From contig CAYVOF010000003.1 of the NCBI GenBank assembly GCA_964453405.1, positions 4,286 through 68,285 of the forward strand: a DNA stretch of 64,000 nt, given 5' to 3'. The stretch's first letter is position 1, and the number at the start of each line of letters is the position of its first letter. Source of the DNA: an uncultured Candidatus Saccharibacteria bacterium (GTDB taxonomy: Bacteria > Patescibacteriota > Doudnabacteria > UBA920). Positions 27,278 through 36,796 of this stretch are shown here, piece after piece. Under the pieces are notes generated by a model that ran no database searches, had not been told where the DNA came from, and worked only from the letters and a program-made list of their open reading frames with translations. A program made the translations under genes and the position numbers.

Positions 27278-27604
27278 TTAACTAAAGTTGTTGACAGACA
27301 TCAGGATTAAGCCGTCATGGCCCATCGAGTTGTTTGTAGTAAAAATACTGCCAAGTGTTTCGTCATCTTTTATTAATGACATTGATCTGGGGTCACCTTT
27401 GATCTGGCAATCAATACCTTCGGAGTTTTTTAATTCCTCAGCGATAACCTTATAAATCTCAGTAGTATCGACTGGCTTTTCTGCGACAAATCTAAATCAT
27501 CTCTCATCTCCAGATTTGAGATAATTTTTTTGAAGCTTTATATCCGGGAATTTTGATTCGACGAGCTTGCCAAGCCCTTCTGTTATATCCAATATGTTAT
27601 CCAT
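27278..27604 (-). pseudogene. 108-codon ORF interrupted by a single in-frame TGA (codon 36)
   Basis: GGAGG RBS before MDNILDITEGLGKLVESKFPDIKLQKNYLKSGDER, then TGA, then FRFVAEKPVDTTEIYKVIAEELKNSEGIDCQIKGDPRSMSLIKDDETLGSIFTTNNSMGHDGLILMSVNNFS. There is no alternative start after the TGA. Its stop is followed directly by the RBS of the next gene. Confidence 0.4.
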
Positions 27605-27721
27605 AGTTTCCTCCTTAACTAACCACGAAGTATAGCGAAAACCAGCTAAACCGTCAATATGGCCATTTATTGTTAAAATCCTCCGATTTAGGTATACTAA
27701 ACAGGTACTATTTTATACATT

Positions 27722-30481
27722 ATGTCTATATTTAAACGTGTTTTTTCATTTGCTTCTTCGGATCCGCTAACCAAATATAGCGCTGAATTGGCTAAAATTA
27801 ATGGCTTTGCAGAAGAAGTTGCTAAGCTCTCCGATGAAGAACTAAAGCAAGAAATTGCTGATTTTAAAACTGAGCTTACCGAGATTAAAGATACCCAGGC
27901 TGTTATTAAGAAATTAGTTGAAATCCGTCCGCGCGTGTTTGCCTTAACCCGTGAAGGTGCAAAGCGCGCCATTGGTCAATTCCATTACGACGTACAAATT
28001 GTCGGAGGGATCGCTCTGTCCGAAGGTACGATTGCCGAAATGAAAACCGGTGAAGGTAAAACTTTAACTGCTACTTTACCATTGGCGCTTTATGCTTTGG
28101 CTGGACGCGGCGCACACATTGTAACTGTTAACGATTACTTAGCGCGGTGGCAGGCAAGTTTGATGGGAAAAGTTTTCCATCAACTTGGACTATCAACTGC
28201 AAGCATTCAACACGAAGCCTCCTTTTTATACGACACTACTTATCAGCCTGAGCAGGAAGAAATTGATGCGCTCGAAGGTGGTACTCAAGGTTTGGTTTTG
28301 GATGTAAAACATATGCGTCCAATTACTCGTCGCCAAGCATACGAAGCTGATATCACTTATGGTACCAACAATGAATATGGTTTTGATTACCTTCGCGACA
28401 ACATGGTGCAATCGATGGACCAACTTCGTCAGCGTGATTTGTTCTATGCCATTGTGGACGAAGTCGACAGTATTTTAATTGACGAAGCTCGTACACCATT
28501 AATTATTTCGCAGCCTGACACCGAACCAACTGACAAGTACTACCAATTTGCCAAGATGGTGGATCGTCTTCAAGAAGAAGTTGATTATACTGTAGATGAA
28601 AAACACAAAGCTGCCAGTTTAACTGACGATGGTATTAACAACATCGAAAGTATTTTAAAAATTCCTAATATTTATGACACCAGCCAAGGTGTGACTACTT
28701 TACACCATATCGAACAAGCTTTGCGTGCCAAAACTTTGTTTAAAAATGACCGTGATTACGTTATTCGTGACGGTGAGATCATTATTGTAGATGAATTCAC
28801 TGGTCGTTTGATGTTTGGTCGTCGTTATAGTCAGGGTCTTCATCAAGCTATTGAAGCCAAAGAGAACGTAAAGATTCAACAAGAAAGTAAAACTTTAGCA
28901 ACTATCACATTCCAGAATTTATTCCGTTTGTACGACAAATTGTCTGGTATGACTGGTACTGCCAAAACCGAAGAAGAAGAATTCTTTAAGATTTATCAAT
29001 TACATGTTTTGCAAATTCCTACTAACCAGCAAATGGTTCGCGAAGATTTGTCAGACTTGGTGTTTAAAAATGAAGCTGGCAAGTTTGCTGCAATTGCAAA
29101 AGATGTTAAAGAACGCAACAAACGCGGTCAACCGGTATTGATCGGTACTGTAAGTATCGCCAAAAATGAACTCCTCGCTGAACATCTTAAAAAAGAAGGC
29201 GTTCCTTTTGAACTGTTGAACGCTAAAAACCACGAACGTGAAGCGCAGATTGTAGCACAGGCCGGTCGGTTTGGTGCTGTAACTTTGGCTACCAACATTG
29301 CTGGTCGTGGTGTGGATATTCTTTTGGGTGGTAACCCTATTGATAAAGAAGAAGCGGCTAAAGTGCGAGAAGCCGGTGGTTTAGCTGTAATCGGTACCGA
29401 ACGCCATGAATCTCGCCGTATTGATAATCAGTTACGTGGTCGTGCTGGACGTCAGGGTGACCCAGGGTTGAGCCGTTTTTACGTATCCATGGAAGATGAC
29501 CTCATGCGCCTATTTGGTGGTGGTCGTATGCAAGGTTTAATGGAAACTCTCAAGGTACCGGACGATCAACCGATCGAAGCTAAGATGGTGTCCCGTTCAA
29601 TTGAATCTGCACAAAAGAAGATCGAAGGCATTAACTTTGACACTCGTAAGAGCGTGTTGGAATTTGATGACGTCTTAAACCATCAACGTAAAAATATTTA
29701 CACTCGTCGCCGCAACTACTTGGCTGGTTTAGAAAAAGAAGGCAAAGAGGATAATTTGATTCGCCAAGAAGTATTAGAACTTATAAAGAGAGACTTAACC
29801 GAAACTATAACCTTTAATTTAGGTAGTTTAGAACTGGATGAAGCTTTACCAAAAATTTTTGAAGTTGCCAGCGGAATTTTGCCAACTCTAAACGCTAACA
29901 AGCAAGCATTGATTAACGAAGCAATGAGCAATGCCGCTGATCGAGAATTTGTATTGATTGATGAACTAAATAAGCTTGCCGAAGAAGAAATGATTGCTAA
30001 AGCGGCAGAAGTTGGGGACGAACTCTATGATAACGTTCTTCGTTCTTTGATGTTGTCTTCAATAGATCGCTTATGGATGGAGCATTTAGATACAATGGAT
30101 CACTTACGTGACTCGGTACGTTTACGTGGTTATGGTCAACGCGATCCATTAGTTGAATATAAAAAAGAAGGTTACGCATTATTCCAAACTTTACTGGCCG
30201 AAATCGACAAGCAAGTTGTATCCGCAGCTTTGCGTATTGGTGTGCAAGTTCATGAAGAAAATGGACAGACTCATCAGCACATTACTTTGTCAGGCGGCGG
30301 TGCTCCAGAAGCAGGTAGTGCTAATAACAGTGGCGCTGTCCAACAAGCTTCGCTTGAGCCAGAGGACCCACGCGCAGCCGGCATTGGCCGCAATGATCAG
30401 TGTTTTTGTGGAAGCGGTAAGAAGTATAAAAAGTGTGGATTGCTTAATACACAAGAGCATCAACAGAATTTGGCAAAGTAA
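27722..30481 (+). CDS. secA: preprotein translocase ATPase SecA
   Basis: 919 aa; DEAD motor motifs (TGEGKTL, DEVDSILIDEARTPLIIS) and a C-terminal zinc finger CFCGSGKKYKKC. Confidence 0.95.
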   Translation: MSIFKRVFSFASSDPLTKYSAELAKINGFAEEVAKLSDEELKQEIADFKTELTEIKDTQAVIKKLVEIRPRVFALTREGAKRAIGQFHYDVQIVGGIALSEGTIAEMKTGEGKTLTATLPLALYALAGRGAHIVTVNDYLARWQASLMGKVFHQLGLSTASIQHEASFLYDTTYQPEQEEIDALEGGTQGLVLDVKHMRPITRRQAYEADITYGTNNEYGFDYLRDNMVQSMDQLRQRDLFYAIVDEVDSILIDEARTPLIISQPDTEPTDKYYQFAKMVDRLQEEVDYTVDEKHKAASLTDDGINNIESILKIPNIYDTSQGVTTLHHIEQALRAKTLFKNDRDYVIRDGEIIIVDEFTGRLMFGRRYSQGLHQAIEAKENVKIQQESKTLATITFQNLFRLYDKLSGMTGTAKTEEEEFFKIYQLHVLQIPTNQQMVREDLSDLVFKNEAGKFAAIAKDVKERNKRGQPVLIGTVSIAKNELLAEHLKKEGVPFELLNAKNHEREAQIVAQAGRFGAVTLATNIAGRGVDILLGGNPIDKEEAAKVREAGGLAVIGTERHESRRIDNQLRGRAGRQGDPGLSRFYVSMEDDLMRLFGGGRMQGLMETLKVPDDQPIEAKMVSRSIESAQKKIEGINFDTRKSVLEFDDVLNHQRKNIYTRRRNYLAGLEKEGKEDNLIRQEVLELIKRDLTETITFNLGSLELDEALPKIFEVASGILPTLNANKQALINEAMSNAADREFVLIDELNKLAEEEMIAKAAEVGDELYDNVLRSLMLSSIDRLWMEHLDTMDHLRDSVRLRGYGQRDPLVEYKKEGYALFQTLLAEIDKQVVSAALRIGVQVHEENGQTHQHITLSGGGAPEAGSANNSGAVQQASLEPEDPRAAGIGRNDQCFCGSGKKYKKCGLLNTQEHQQNLAK

Positions 30482-30485
30482 AACA

Positions 30486-30749
30486 ATGAGTACCGTCACG
30501 AAGAAAATTCAAACAAAATACTTCGAACTAATATTAGCTGGTAAAAAGAATTTTGAGCTTCGATTAAATGATTTTGACATTGAAGAAGGGGACACTTTAA
30601 TTCTTGCCGAGCATGATGAAAACCGAAACCTTACTGGGCGCACTATCGAAAAACAGGTTAGTTATGTCGGTAAAGTAATGATTGATGAATTACACTGGCC
30701 GAAGGATGAAGTTTTAGAGAAGGGGTTGCAGATTATTTCCTTGAAATAA
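30486..30749 (+). CDS. ASCH/DUF3850-like small protein
   Basis: KYFELILAGKKNFELRLNDFDIEEGDTLIL pattern. The track's longer ORF (30153) overlaps secA and is rejected. Confidence 0.45.
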   Translation: MSTVTKKIQTKYFELILAGKKNFELRLNDFDIEEGDTLILAEHDENRNLTGRTIEKQVSYVGKVMIDELHWPKDEVLEKGLQIISLK

Positions 30750-30794
30750 AAAGAGACCACAATATTTTGTGATCCCTATGTCTTGTAAAGTAAT

Positions 30795-31034
30795 TTACTC
30801 CATATCTACATCTGGAAGTTTTCTTATACCACAGACTTCACAAAACCAACCAGTACATCCTAACTTTTTGATTCCTTGATCCTCATGTTTTGTGAAAGCA
30901 ATAACTCTTCTCATGTACATCTTACAATGTCGATGGAATAATGTAATGCTTCCCAAAACTTCTTTCCATTCACCACGTCGATAAGTATCAGATTTCCAGT
31001 CATTTTGGATTGGTGTAGACTTTAAATAACTCAT
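30795..31034 (-). CDS. small Cys-containing hypothetical protein
   Basis: AGGAGG RBS 6 nt before the ATG. 79 aa. Confidence 0.5.
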   Translation of the reverse strand: MSYLKSTPIQNDWKSDTYRRGEWKEVLGSITLFHRHCKMYMRRVIAFTKHEDQGIKKLGCTGWFCEVCGIRKLPDVDME

Positions 31035-31100
31035 TACTACCTCCTATGATCTCTATTTTGAATTACTACTGACATAAAAGTATACAAATAAACCTCACTA

Positions 31101-31658
31101 ATGTCAATACTAAATAAACAAAATTCATTACAAACCATTACTACAGAAATTTTAGCTTGCCCCATTTGTATAAAAGCAGGAAAAAGCAAACTAGTTCCGG
31201 GTGAAGGCAGTGCTAATGCAAAAATAGTTTTTGTTGGTGAAGCACCAGGTAAAAATGAAGTTATTACCGGACTACCGTTTATTGGCCAAGCTGGAAAACT
31301 ACTAGATTCTTTATTAGCAACAATCAAATTAGATCGAAAAGATATTTTTATTACTAGTGCGGTAAAGTATTTACCCAAAAAATATATCACTCCAAAGCCA
31401 AAGGATATCGAACATGGCCGCATTCATTTGTTTAAGCAGTTGGATGTGATTCAACCTAAAGTAATTGTATTGCTAGGAAATATCGCAGCACAGGCTGTAT
31501 TAGGAGAAAAGTTTTCTATCGCAGAACAGCACGGCACTTTTATAAAAAGTAATAATCTAATTTACTTTTTAAGCTATCATCCCGCCGCGCCATTATACAG
31601 TCCAAAACTTCGCGAAGTAATTACGAAAGATTTCAAAGAGTTAAAAAAATATGTCTAA
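31101..31658 (+). CDS. uracil-DNA glycosylase, family 4
   Basis: ACPICIKAG...IVFVGEAPGKNE...GLPFIGQAG motifs. Confidence 0.8.
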   Translation: MSILNKQNSLQTITTEILACPICIKAGKSKLVPGEGSANAKIVFVGEAPGKNEVITGLPFIGQAGKLLDSLLATIKLDRKDIFITSAVKYLPKKYITPKPKDIEHGRIHLFKQLDVIQPKVIVLLGNIAAQAVLGEKFSIAEQHGTFIKSNNLIYFLSYHPAAPLYSPKLREVITKDFKELKKYV

Positions 31659-34236
31659 ACACCGTTTACCAAGTCATGTAAAACCTCTTAAATACCAATT
31701 GCAAATTGTCCCAAATTTGTCTGAGTTTACTTTTACAGGAAGTGAAAAAATTCAATTAAAAATTTCAAAATCAACCACAGAATTAACTTTGCACTCTTTG
31801 GATTTGCAAATTACTTCGGCTTTATGGAAGGCGGGGAAATTAGAGTACAAATCAGTTAAAATTATTTTTGACAAAAAATCCGAAACAGTAAAATTTATTT
31901 TCACCAAACCAATAAGCGGAAATGGTATCTTAGAATTAGAATTCTCCGGTCTAATTATCGACGGACTCCAAGGATTTTATCGCAGCAAGTATGTTCAGAA
32001 TAAACAAGAAAAATATCTAGCAACTACTCAGCTCGAAGTGACTGATGCACGACGATTCTTTCCATGTTTTGACGAACCTGCACACAAAGCTATATTCCAT
32101 GTCTCTGTAGTCGTTCCAAAAAAATTACAAGTTATTTCTAATACAATCGAATCCCAAGTGCTACCACATCATGATCCGCATTTAAAGATTGTCCACTTTG
32201 CCGCAACGCCAAAAATGTCTACGTACTTATTGGCATTAATAATTGGTGAGCTTGAGCATGTTCAAACTAAGTCTAAACGAGGTGTAAAAATTCGCATCCA
32301 TACAACAGTAGGTAAAAAATCTCAAACTAAATTCGCCTTAGACGTAACGAAACGCGCATTAGACTACCTCGAAGACTATATTGGTATCCCATATCCACTA
32401 CCAGTTTTGGATCTTATTGCCATTCCAGATTTTAGTGCTGGTGCAATGGAAAACTGGGGCGCAATCACTTTTCGAGAAACTGCGCTATTAGTAGATGAAC
32501 AACACACCACTTTTATTGGCCGCCAGCGCGTTGCCGAAGTTATTGCACACGAACTGGTTCACCAATGGTTTGGTAACTTAGTTACCATGGAATGGTGGAC
32601 ACATCTCTGGCTTAACGAGAGCTTTGCTACTTATATGGCTTATTTAGTAGTGGACAAATTGTTCCCTGGGTGGAATTTTTGGACCAAGTTTGTACTTCAA
32701 GAACAAAGCATTGCCTTAAGTAAGGATGCATTACATACTTCGCAACCAATAGAGGTCGAAGTCAAACTACCTAGCGAAATTTCGGAAAGCTTTGACCCGG
32801 CAATTGTTTACGCCAAAGGTGCAAGCGTAATTCGCATGCTTGCAGGGTATATTGGCCCAGAAGATTTTCGAACCGGACTCTCTTACTATCTTAAAAAGCA
32901 CTCGTACAAAAATACCGAGTCTGTTCATCTATGGGATGCATTCGAAAAATCTTCTGGTAAACCTGTCCGCAAATTTATGGCAACTTGGACTAAAAAAATT
33001 GGTTATCCAGTTGTAGATGTAGAAATAAAAAATGTGAACAATAAAAGTTATTTACTTACTTCGCAAACAAAATTTAATCAACTTCCTAAAAAAACTAAAT
33101 CAAACCAATTATGGTCGGTGCCGTTGCTTCCAATTTTTAATCCAAAATCAGAACAAAGTTTAAATTACACACTAATCAAACAGTCGCAAAAATTTACGTT
33201 TCCAATACAGCAAGAGTTATTCAAACTTAATTATTTAGAAGAAAGTTTTTTTATCACCAATTACAGCCCATCTTTGCTGTCAAAAATCTTTCTAGAACTT
33301 CGAGAGCAAAATATCTCTAGCATAGAAAGACTAGCCATTGTCAGAAACGCATTTTTACTAGCTAAATCAGGTCATATACCAACGGATGTCTATTTAGAGA
33401 TGCTTTCTTATCTCAACAACGAAACAAGCTATATTGTTTGGTCGCAAGTTGCTAACGATCTGTATCAATTAGGTCAGTTAACTTTTGCTACTAAAGCCAC
33501 CGTCTCATTTGCGAATTTTCAAAAACAAATTTTTAGCAAGTTAATTGAACATAAAGAAATCGGCTTTAAGCCTAGATCATCAGAATCACACAATCATAAA
33601 ACTTTGCGTGCATTGGCCTTTATGGAATCAGGTTTAGCTGGCTATAAACCCAGTATTAAACAAGCAAAACGGTTGTTTATGATTAAAAAATCTGGTAAAA
33701 ATATCGAAGCAGATTTGCGATTGTCAGTGTACTGCATTATTGCTAAATGGGGGAGTCAAGCTGCCTACATTCAACTGCTAAAAATTTATCGAGAAACTTC
33801 ATTAGCTCAAGAAGCTCAACAAGTTTTACTTGCTTTGACTTATTTAGGTAATTCAAACTTACAAACCAAAGCATTAAAATTATTTTTTAGCACCGAAGTA
33901 CGCGATCAGGATCGAACTATGGTTTTAGGGCAAGCATTAAATAACCCTTCTCTAAAAAATCAGGCATGGCAAGCCGTTCAAAGCAACTGGCCTATGCTAG
34001 AGAAAAAATTTGGTGCCAACAAAGGACTGGGTCGGATTATCTCAGGTGCAAGTAGCTTTAATTCGACAAAAGAGCTACAAGCTTTTACTCAATTTGCTAA
34101 AACTCATAATCTATCCACGGCTAAACAATCAACAGCTCAAACCAAAGAAAAAATTCAAATTAAAGTCGCTTGGAAGGCTCGTGATCTAGAATTAATTACA
34201 CGATATTTAAAGCAATATAGCAAGGCTAAAAAATAG
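31651..34236 (+). CDS. pepN: M1-family aminopeptidase N
   Basis: GAMENWG exopeptidase motif and HELVHQWFGNLVT-x18-E zinc site. Confidence 0.85.
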   Translation: MSKHRLPSHVKPLKYQLQIVPNLSEFTFTGSEKIQLKISKSTTELTLHSLDLQITSALWKAGKLEYKSVKIIFDKKSETVKFIFTKPISGNGILELEFSGLIIDGLQGFYRSKYVQNKQEKYLATTQLEVTDARRFFPCFDEPAHKAIFHVSVVVPKKLQVISNTIESQVLPHHDPHLKIVHFAATPKMSTYLLALIIGELEHVQTKSKRGVKIRIHTTVGKKSQTKFALDVTKRALDYLEDYIGIPYPLPVLDLIAIPDFSAGAMENWGAITFRETALLVDEQHTTFIGRQRVAEVIAHELVHQWFGNLVTMEWWTHLWLNESFATYMAYLVVDKLFPGWNFWTKFVLQEQSIALSKDALHTSQPIEVEVKLPSEISESFDPAIVYAKGASVIRMLAGYIGPEDFRTGLSYYLKKHSYKNTESVHLWDAFEKSSGKPVRKFMATWTKKIGYPVVDVEIKNVNNKSYLLTSQTKFNQLPKKTKSNQLWSVPLLPIFNPKSEQSLNYTLIKQSQKFTFPIQQELFKLNYLEESFFITNYSPSLLSKIFLELREQNISSIERLAIVRNAFLLAKSGHIPTDVYLEMLSYLNNETSYIVWSQVANDLYQLGQLTFATKATVSFANFQKQIFSKLIEHKEIGFKPRSSESHNHKTLRALAFMESGLAGYKPSIKQAKRLFMIKKSGKNIEADLRLSVYCIIAKWGSQAAYIQLLKIYRETSLAQEAQQVLLALTYLGNSNLQTKALKLFFSTEVRDQDRTMVLGQALNNPSLKNQAWQAVQSNWPMLEKKFGANKGLGRIISGASSFNSTKELQAFTQFAKTHNLSTAKQSTAQTKEKIQIKVAWKARDLELITRYLKQYSKAKK

Positions 34237-34309
34237 TCCAAACTTTTTGCATAATTCTTTAAAATTGAATATAATTCCTAGGAGATTATGTAACGATTAA
34301 ACAATACTT

Positions 34310-35797
34310 ATGAAACCATTTATGAAGAGAGTTTTGGTTTTTTTATTTGTAATTTTGCTGGGCGCTGGAGCAGCTTGGATTGCTTACCCTCACGGCAGCA
34401 GAATTAACTTAGAAAAATTAAAGATCAATTACAAAAAAGATTTCTTTGTCCACTTAGGACTCGACCTTAAAGGTGGAGCGCATTTAGTTTATAAAGCTGA
34501 TTTTAAAGATATTGCGGAAGGGGATAAAAAAGACGCTATTACCAGTGTTCGCGACACTATTGAGCGCCGTGTTAACAGTTTTGGCGTGTCCGAACCATTA
34601 GTGCAGGTACAAGGAACTGATCAGATCGTAGTTGAACTTCCAGGGGTTAGCGATGTAAACGAAGCAATTAACCAGATCGGACAAACTCCGTTATTGGAAT
34701 TCCGCACACAAGGCGACCCTAATGCACCACAGAATGCTACTGTCGTGGATGGAAAGGTTACTATTGACCCGCTTTCTAACTGGAATAAGACTGGTTTGTC
34801 AGGTAAACAGCTTAAAAAAGCAACCGCTGATGTGCAACAAGGTCAAAGTGCTGTTAGTTCTAATATTGTTGTGCGTCTTCAATTTGATGACGAAGGAACC
34901 AAACTATTTGCTGATATCACAAAAGCAAACTTAAACAAACAAGTTGCAATTGTTCTTGATGGCCAAATCATTAGTGCGCCAACAGTTCAAAGCGCGATTA
35001 CAGATGGAGAAGCCATTATTTCTGGTAACTTTACTGCTGACGATGCCAAGCAATTAGCAACTCGTCTAAACTCTGGTGCTCTACCAGTGCCAATTAGTTT
35101 GATTTCGCAGCAAAATGTTGGTGCAACACTTGGACAAGAATCAATTCAAAAATCTTTGATTGCTGGTTTAATTGGTTTATTGCTCGTTGTATTGTTTATG
35201 ATTTTCTTCTACCGATACCCAGGCTTGTTGGCAGTATTAGCACTTTTAATTTACACTCTACTATCTATTGCGGTTTTCAAGATTGGAGTATCTATTGCGG
35301 CTATTATTTTGGTGGGTATATTCTTTATGTTAGGCATTTTAGTCAGCAGTTGGTTTGGGGCCTTAGCATTACTCAGCTATATTATTTTGATGCTTATCCC
35401 TAATGGCTTACAACCAGTTACATTAACTTTGGCTGGAATTGCTGGATTCATTCTCTCTATAGGTATGGCTGTAGATGCCAACATCTTGATTTTCGAAAGA
35501 ATGAAAGAAGAAATTCATAATGGTAAAGAACTCACAAAAGCTATCGAAGATGGATTCGACCGTGCGTGGCTATCAATTCGTGATTCGAACGTCTCTAGTT
35601 TAATCACAACATTCATCCTATACATGTTTGGTACTCCGAGTATTAAAGGTTTTGCGATTACCTTATCAATTGGTATTTTAATTTCAATGTTTAGTGCAAT
35701 TACAGCTACTCGAACATTCCTCAGATTATTAATGACTAAGCGAATTTCCAAAATGCCCTGGCTGTTTGGAACAAAGCTTAAAAAATCTAACAGCTAA
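34310..35797 (+). CDS. secD: protein-export membrane protein SecD
   Basis: Periplasmic domain plus C-terminal 6-TM block, followed directly by secF. Confidence 0.9.
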   Translation: MKPFMKRVLVFLFVILLGAGAAWIAYPHGSRINLEKLKINYKKDFFVHLGLDLKGGAHLVYKADFKDIAEGDKKDAITSVRDTIERRVNSFGVSEPLVQVQGTDQIVVELPGVSDVNEAINQIGQTPLLEFRTQGDPNAPQNATVVDGKVTIDPLSNWNKTGLSGKQLKKATADVQQGQSAVSSNIVVRLQFDDEGTKLFADITKANLNKQVAIVLDGQIISAPTVQSAITDGEAIISGNFTADDAKQLATRLNSGALPVPISLISQQNVGATLGQESIQKSLIAGLIGLLLVVLFMIFFYRYPGLLAVLALLIYTLLSIAVFKIGVSIAAIILVGIFFMLGILVSSWFGALALLSYIILMLIPNGLQPVTLTLAGIAGFILSIGMAVDANILIFERMKEEIHNGKELTKAIEDGFDRAWLSIRDSNVSSLITTFILYMFGTPSIKGFAITLSIGILISMFSAITATRTFLRLLMTKRISKMPWLFGTKLKKSNS

Positions 35798-35800
35798 TAT

Positions 35801-36694
35801 ATGAAATTACTTAATTACTACCGTTACTTTTTTATTGCTTCGTTTGTAATCTTGATCGTAGGTTTAATTTCTTTAGGGGTATTTGGCTTAAAATTAGGAA
35901 TTGATTTTAAAGGTGGTTCTGTTACTGAACTACAATTTAATCAAGAAGTTAACATTGATAAAGTAAAAGAAGCTGTTAGTAAGCAGGGAATTGATAACCC
36001 GCAAGTTCAATCTACGGACAACAACGGAGTTATCATCAGATCTGCAGAACAGAATGAAGAAAAACATAAAGCTCTACTGACTTCATTAAAAACTGACGTA
36101 GGCGATTTTACAGAAAAAAGTTATGAGTCAATCGGACCGATCGTAGGGAAGCAACTTACTCAGCAAGCTCTATATCAATTACTACTAGTATCATTAGGGA
36201 TCATCTTTTACATTGCCTACGCTTTTCGCAAAGTTACCAAGCCGATTTCTAGCTGGCAGTTTGGTGTTGCAGCAGTTTTAGCGCTTGTTCATGACTTGTT
36301 AGTAGTATTGGGAATATTTTCTATCCTTGGACACTTCTGGCACATCGAAGTCGACAGCATGTTCGTAACAGCGATGCTAACCGTACTAGGTTTTTCAGTT
36401 CACGATACCATTATTGTGTTCGATAGAATTAGAGAAAACCTACGAGTTTACGCCGGGCAGAGTATTGAGTTCGTTGTTAATCACAGCATTTCACAAACTT
36501 TAGTTCGTTCTCTCAATACTAGCTTGACCGTACTGCTTGTTTTGCTCGCACTTCTATTATTTGGCGGAGAAACCATTCGATACTTCGTCTTAGCTCTCTT
36601 TATCGGTATCATTGCTGGTACATATTCTTCTATTTTTGTGGCCAGTCCAACACTTGTACTGTGGCAAAATTGGAAACAAAAACGTCGAAAGTAA
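35801..36694 (+). CDS. secF: protein-export membrane protein SecF
   Basis: SecF TM topology, adjacent to secD. Confidence 0.9.
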   Translation: MKLLNYYRYFFIASFVILIVGLISLGVFGLKLGIDFKGGSVTELQFNQEVNIDKVKEAVSKQGIDNPQVQSTDNNGVIIRSAEQNEEKHKALLTSLKTDVGDFTEKSYESIGPIVGKQLTQQALYQLLLVSLGIIFYIAYAFRKVTKPISSWQFGVAAVLALVHDLLVVLGIFSILGHFWHIEVDSMFVTAMLTVLGFSVHDTIIVFDRIRENLRVYAGQSIEFVVNHSISQTLVRSLNTSLTVLLVLLALLLFGGETIRYFVLALFIGIIAGTYSSIFVASPTLVLWQNWKQKRRK

Positions 36695-36727
36695 AAAAAT
36701 CCCCTTATTTAAGGGGTTTTTTTTGCA
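36695..36727 (+). terminator. rho-independent terminator after secF
   Basis: AAAAAAATCCCCTTATTTAAGGGGTTTTTTTT. Confidence 0.6.
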
Positions 36728-36746
36728 AAAATGGTATAATAAATAT

Positions 36747-36775
36747 TTGACCAACTCAAATATATATGTTATAAT
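36747..36775 (+). promoter_or_regulatory. near-consensus sigma70 promoter with extended -10
   Basis: TTGACC, 17 nt, TGtTATAAT, ending ~22 nt before the ATG at 36797. Confidence 0.5.
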
Positions 36776-36796
36776 TTTGTATATTAACATTTTGAT

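Noticed and set aside
30153-30749. 198-aa ORF starting inside secA
   Set aside because: The first 110 codons overlap the secA 3' end in another frame. The gene most likely starts at the ATG at 30486 (MSTVTKK...), directly after the secA stop.
31037-31423. 128-aa minus-strand ORF
   Set aside because: Antisense to the well-supported family-4 UDG gene. No RBS.
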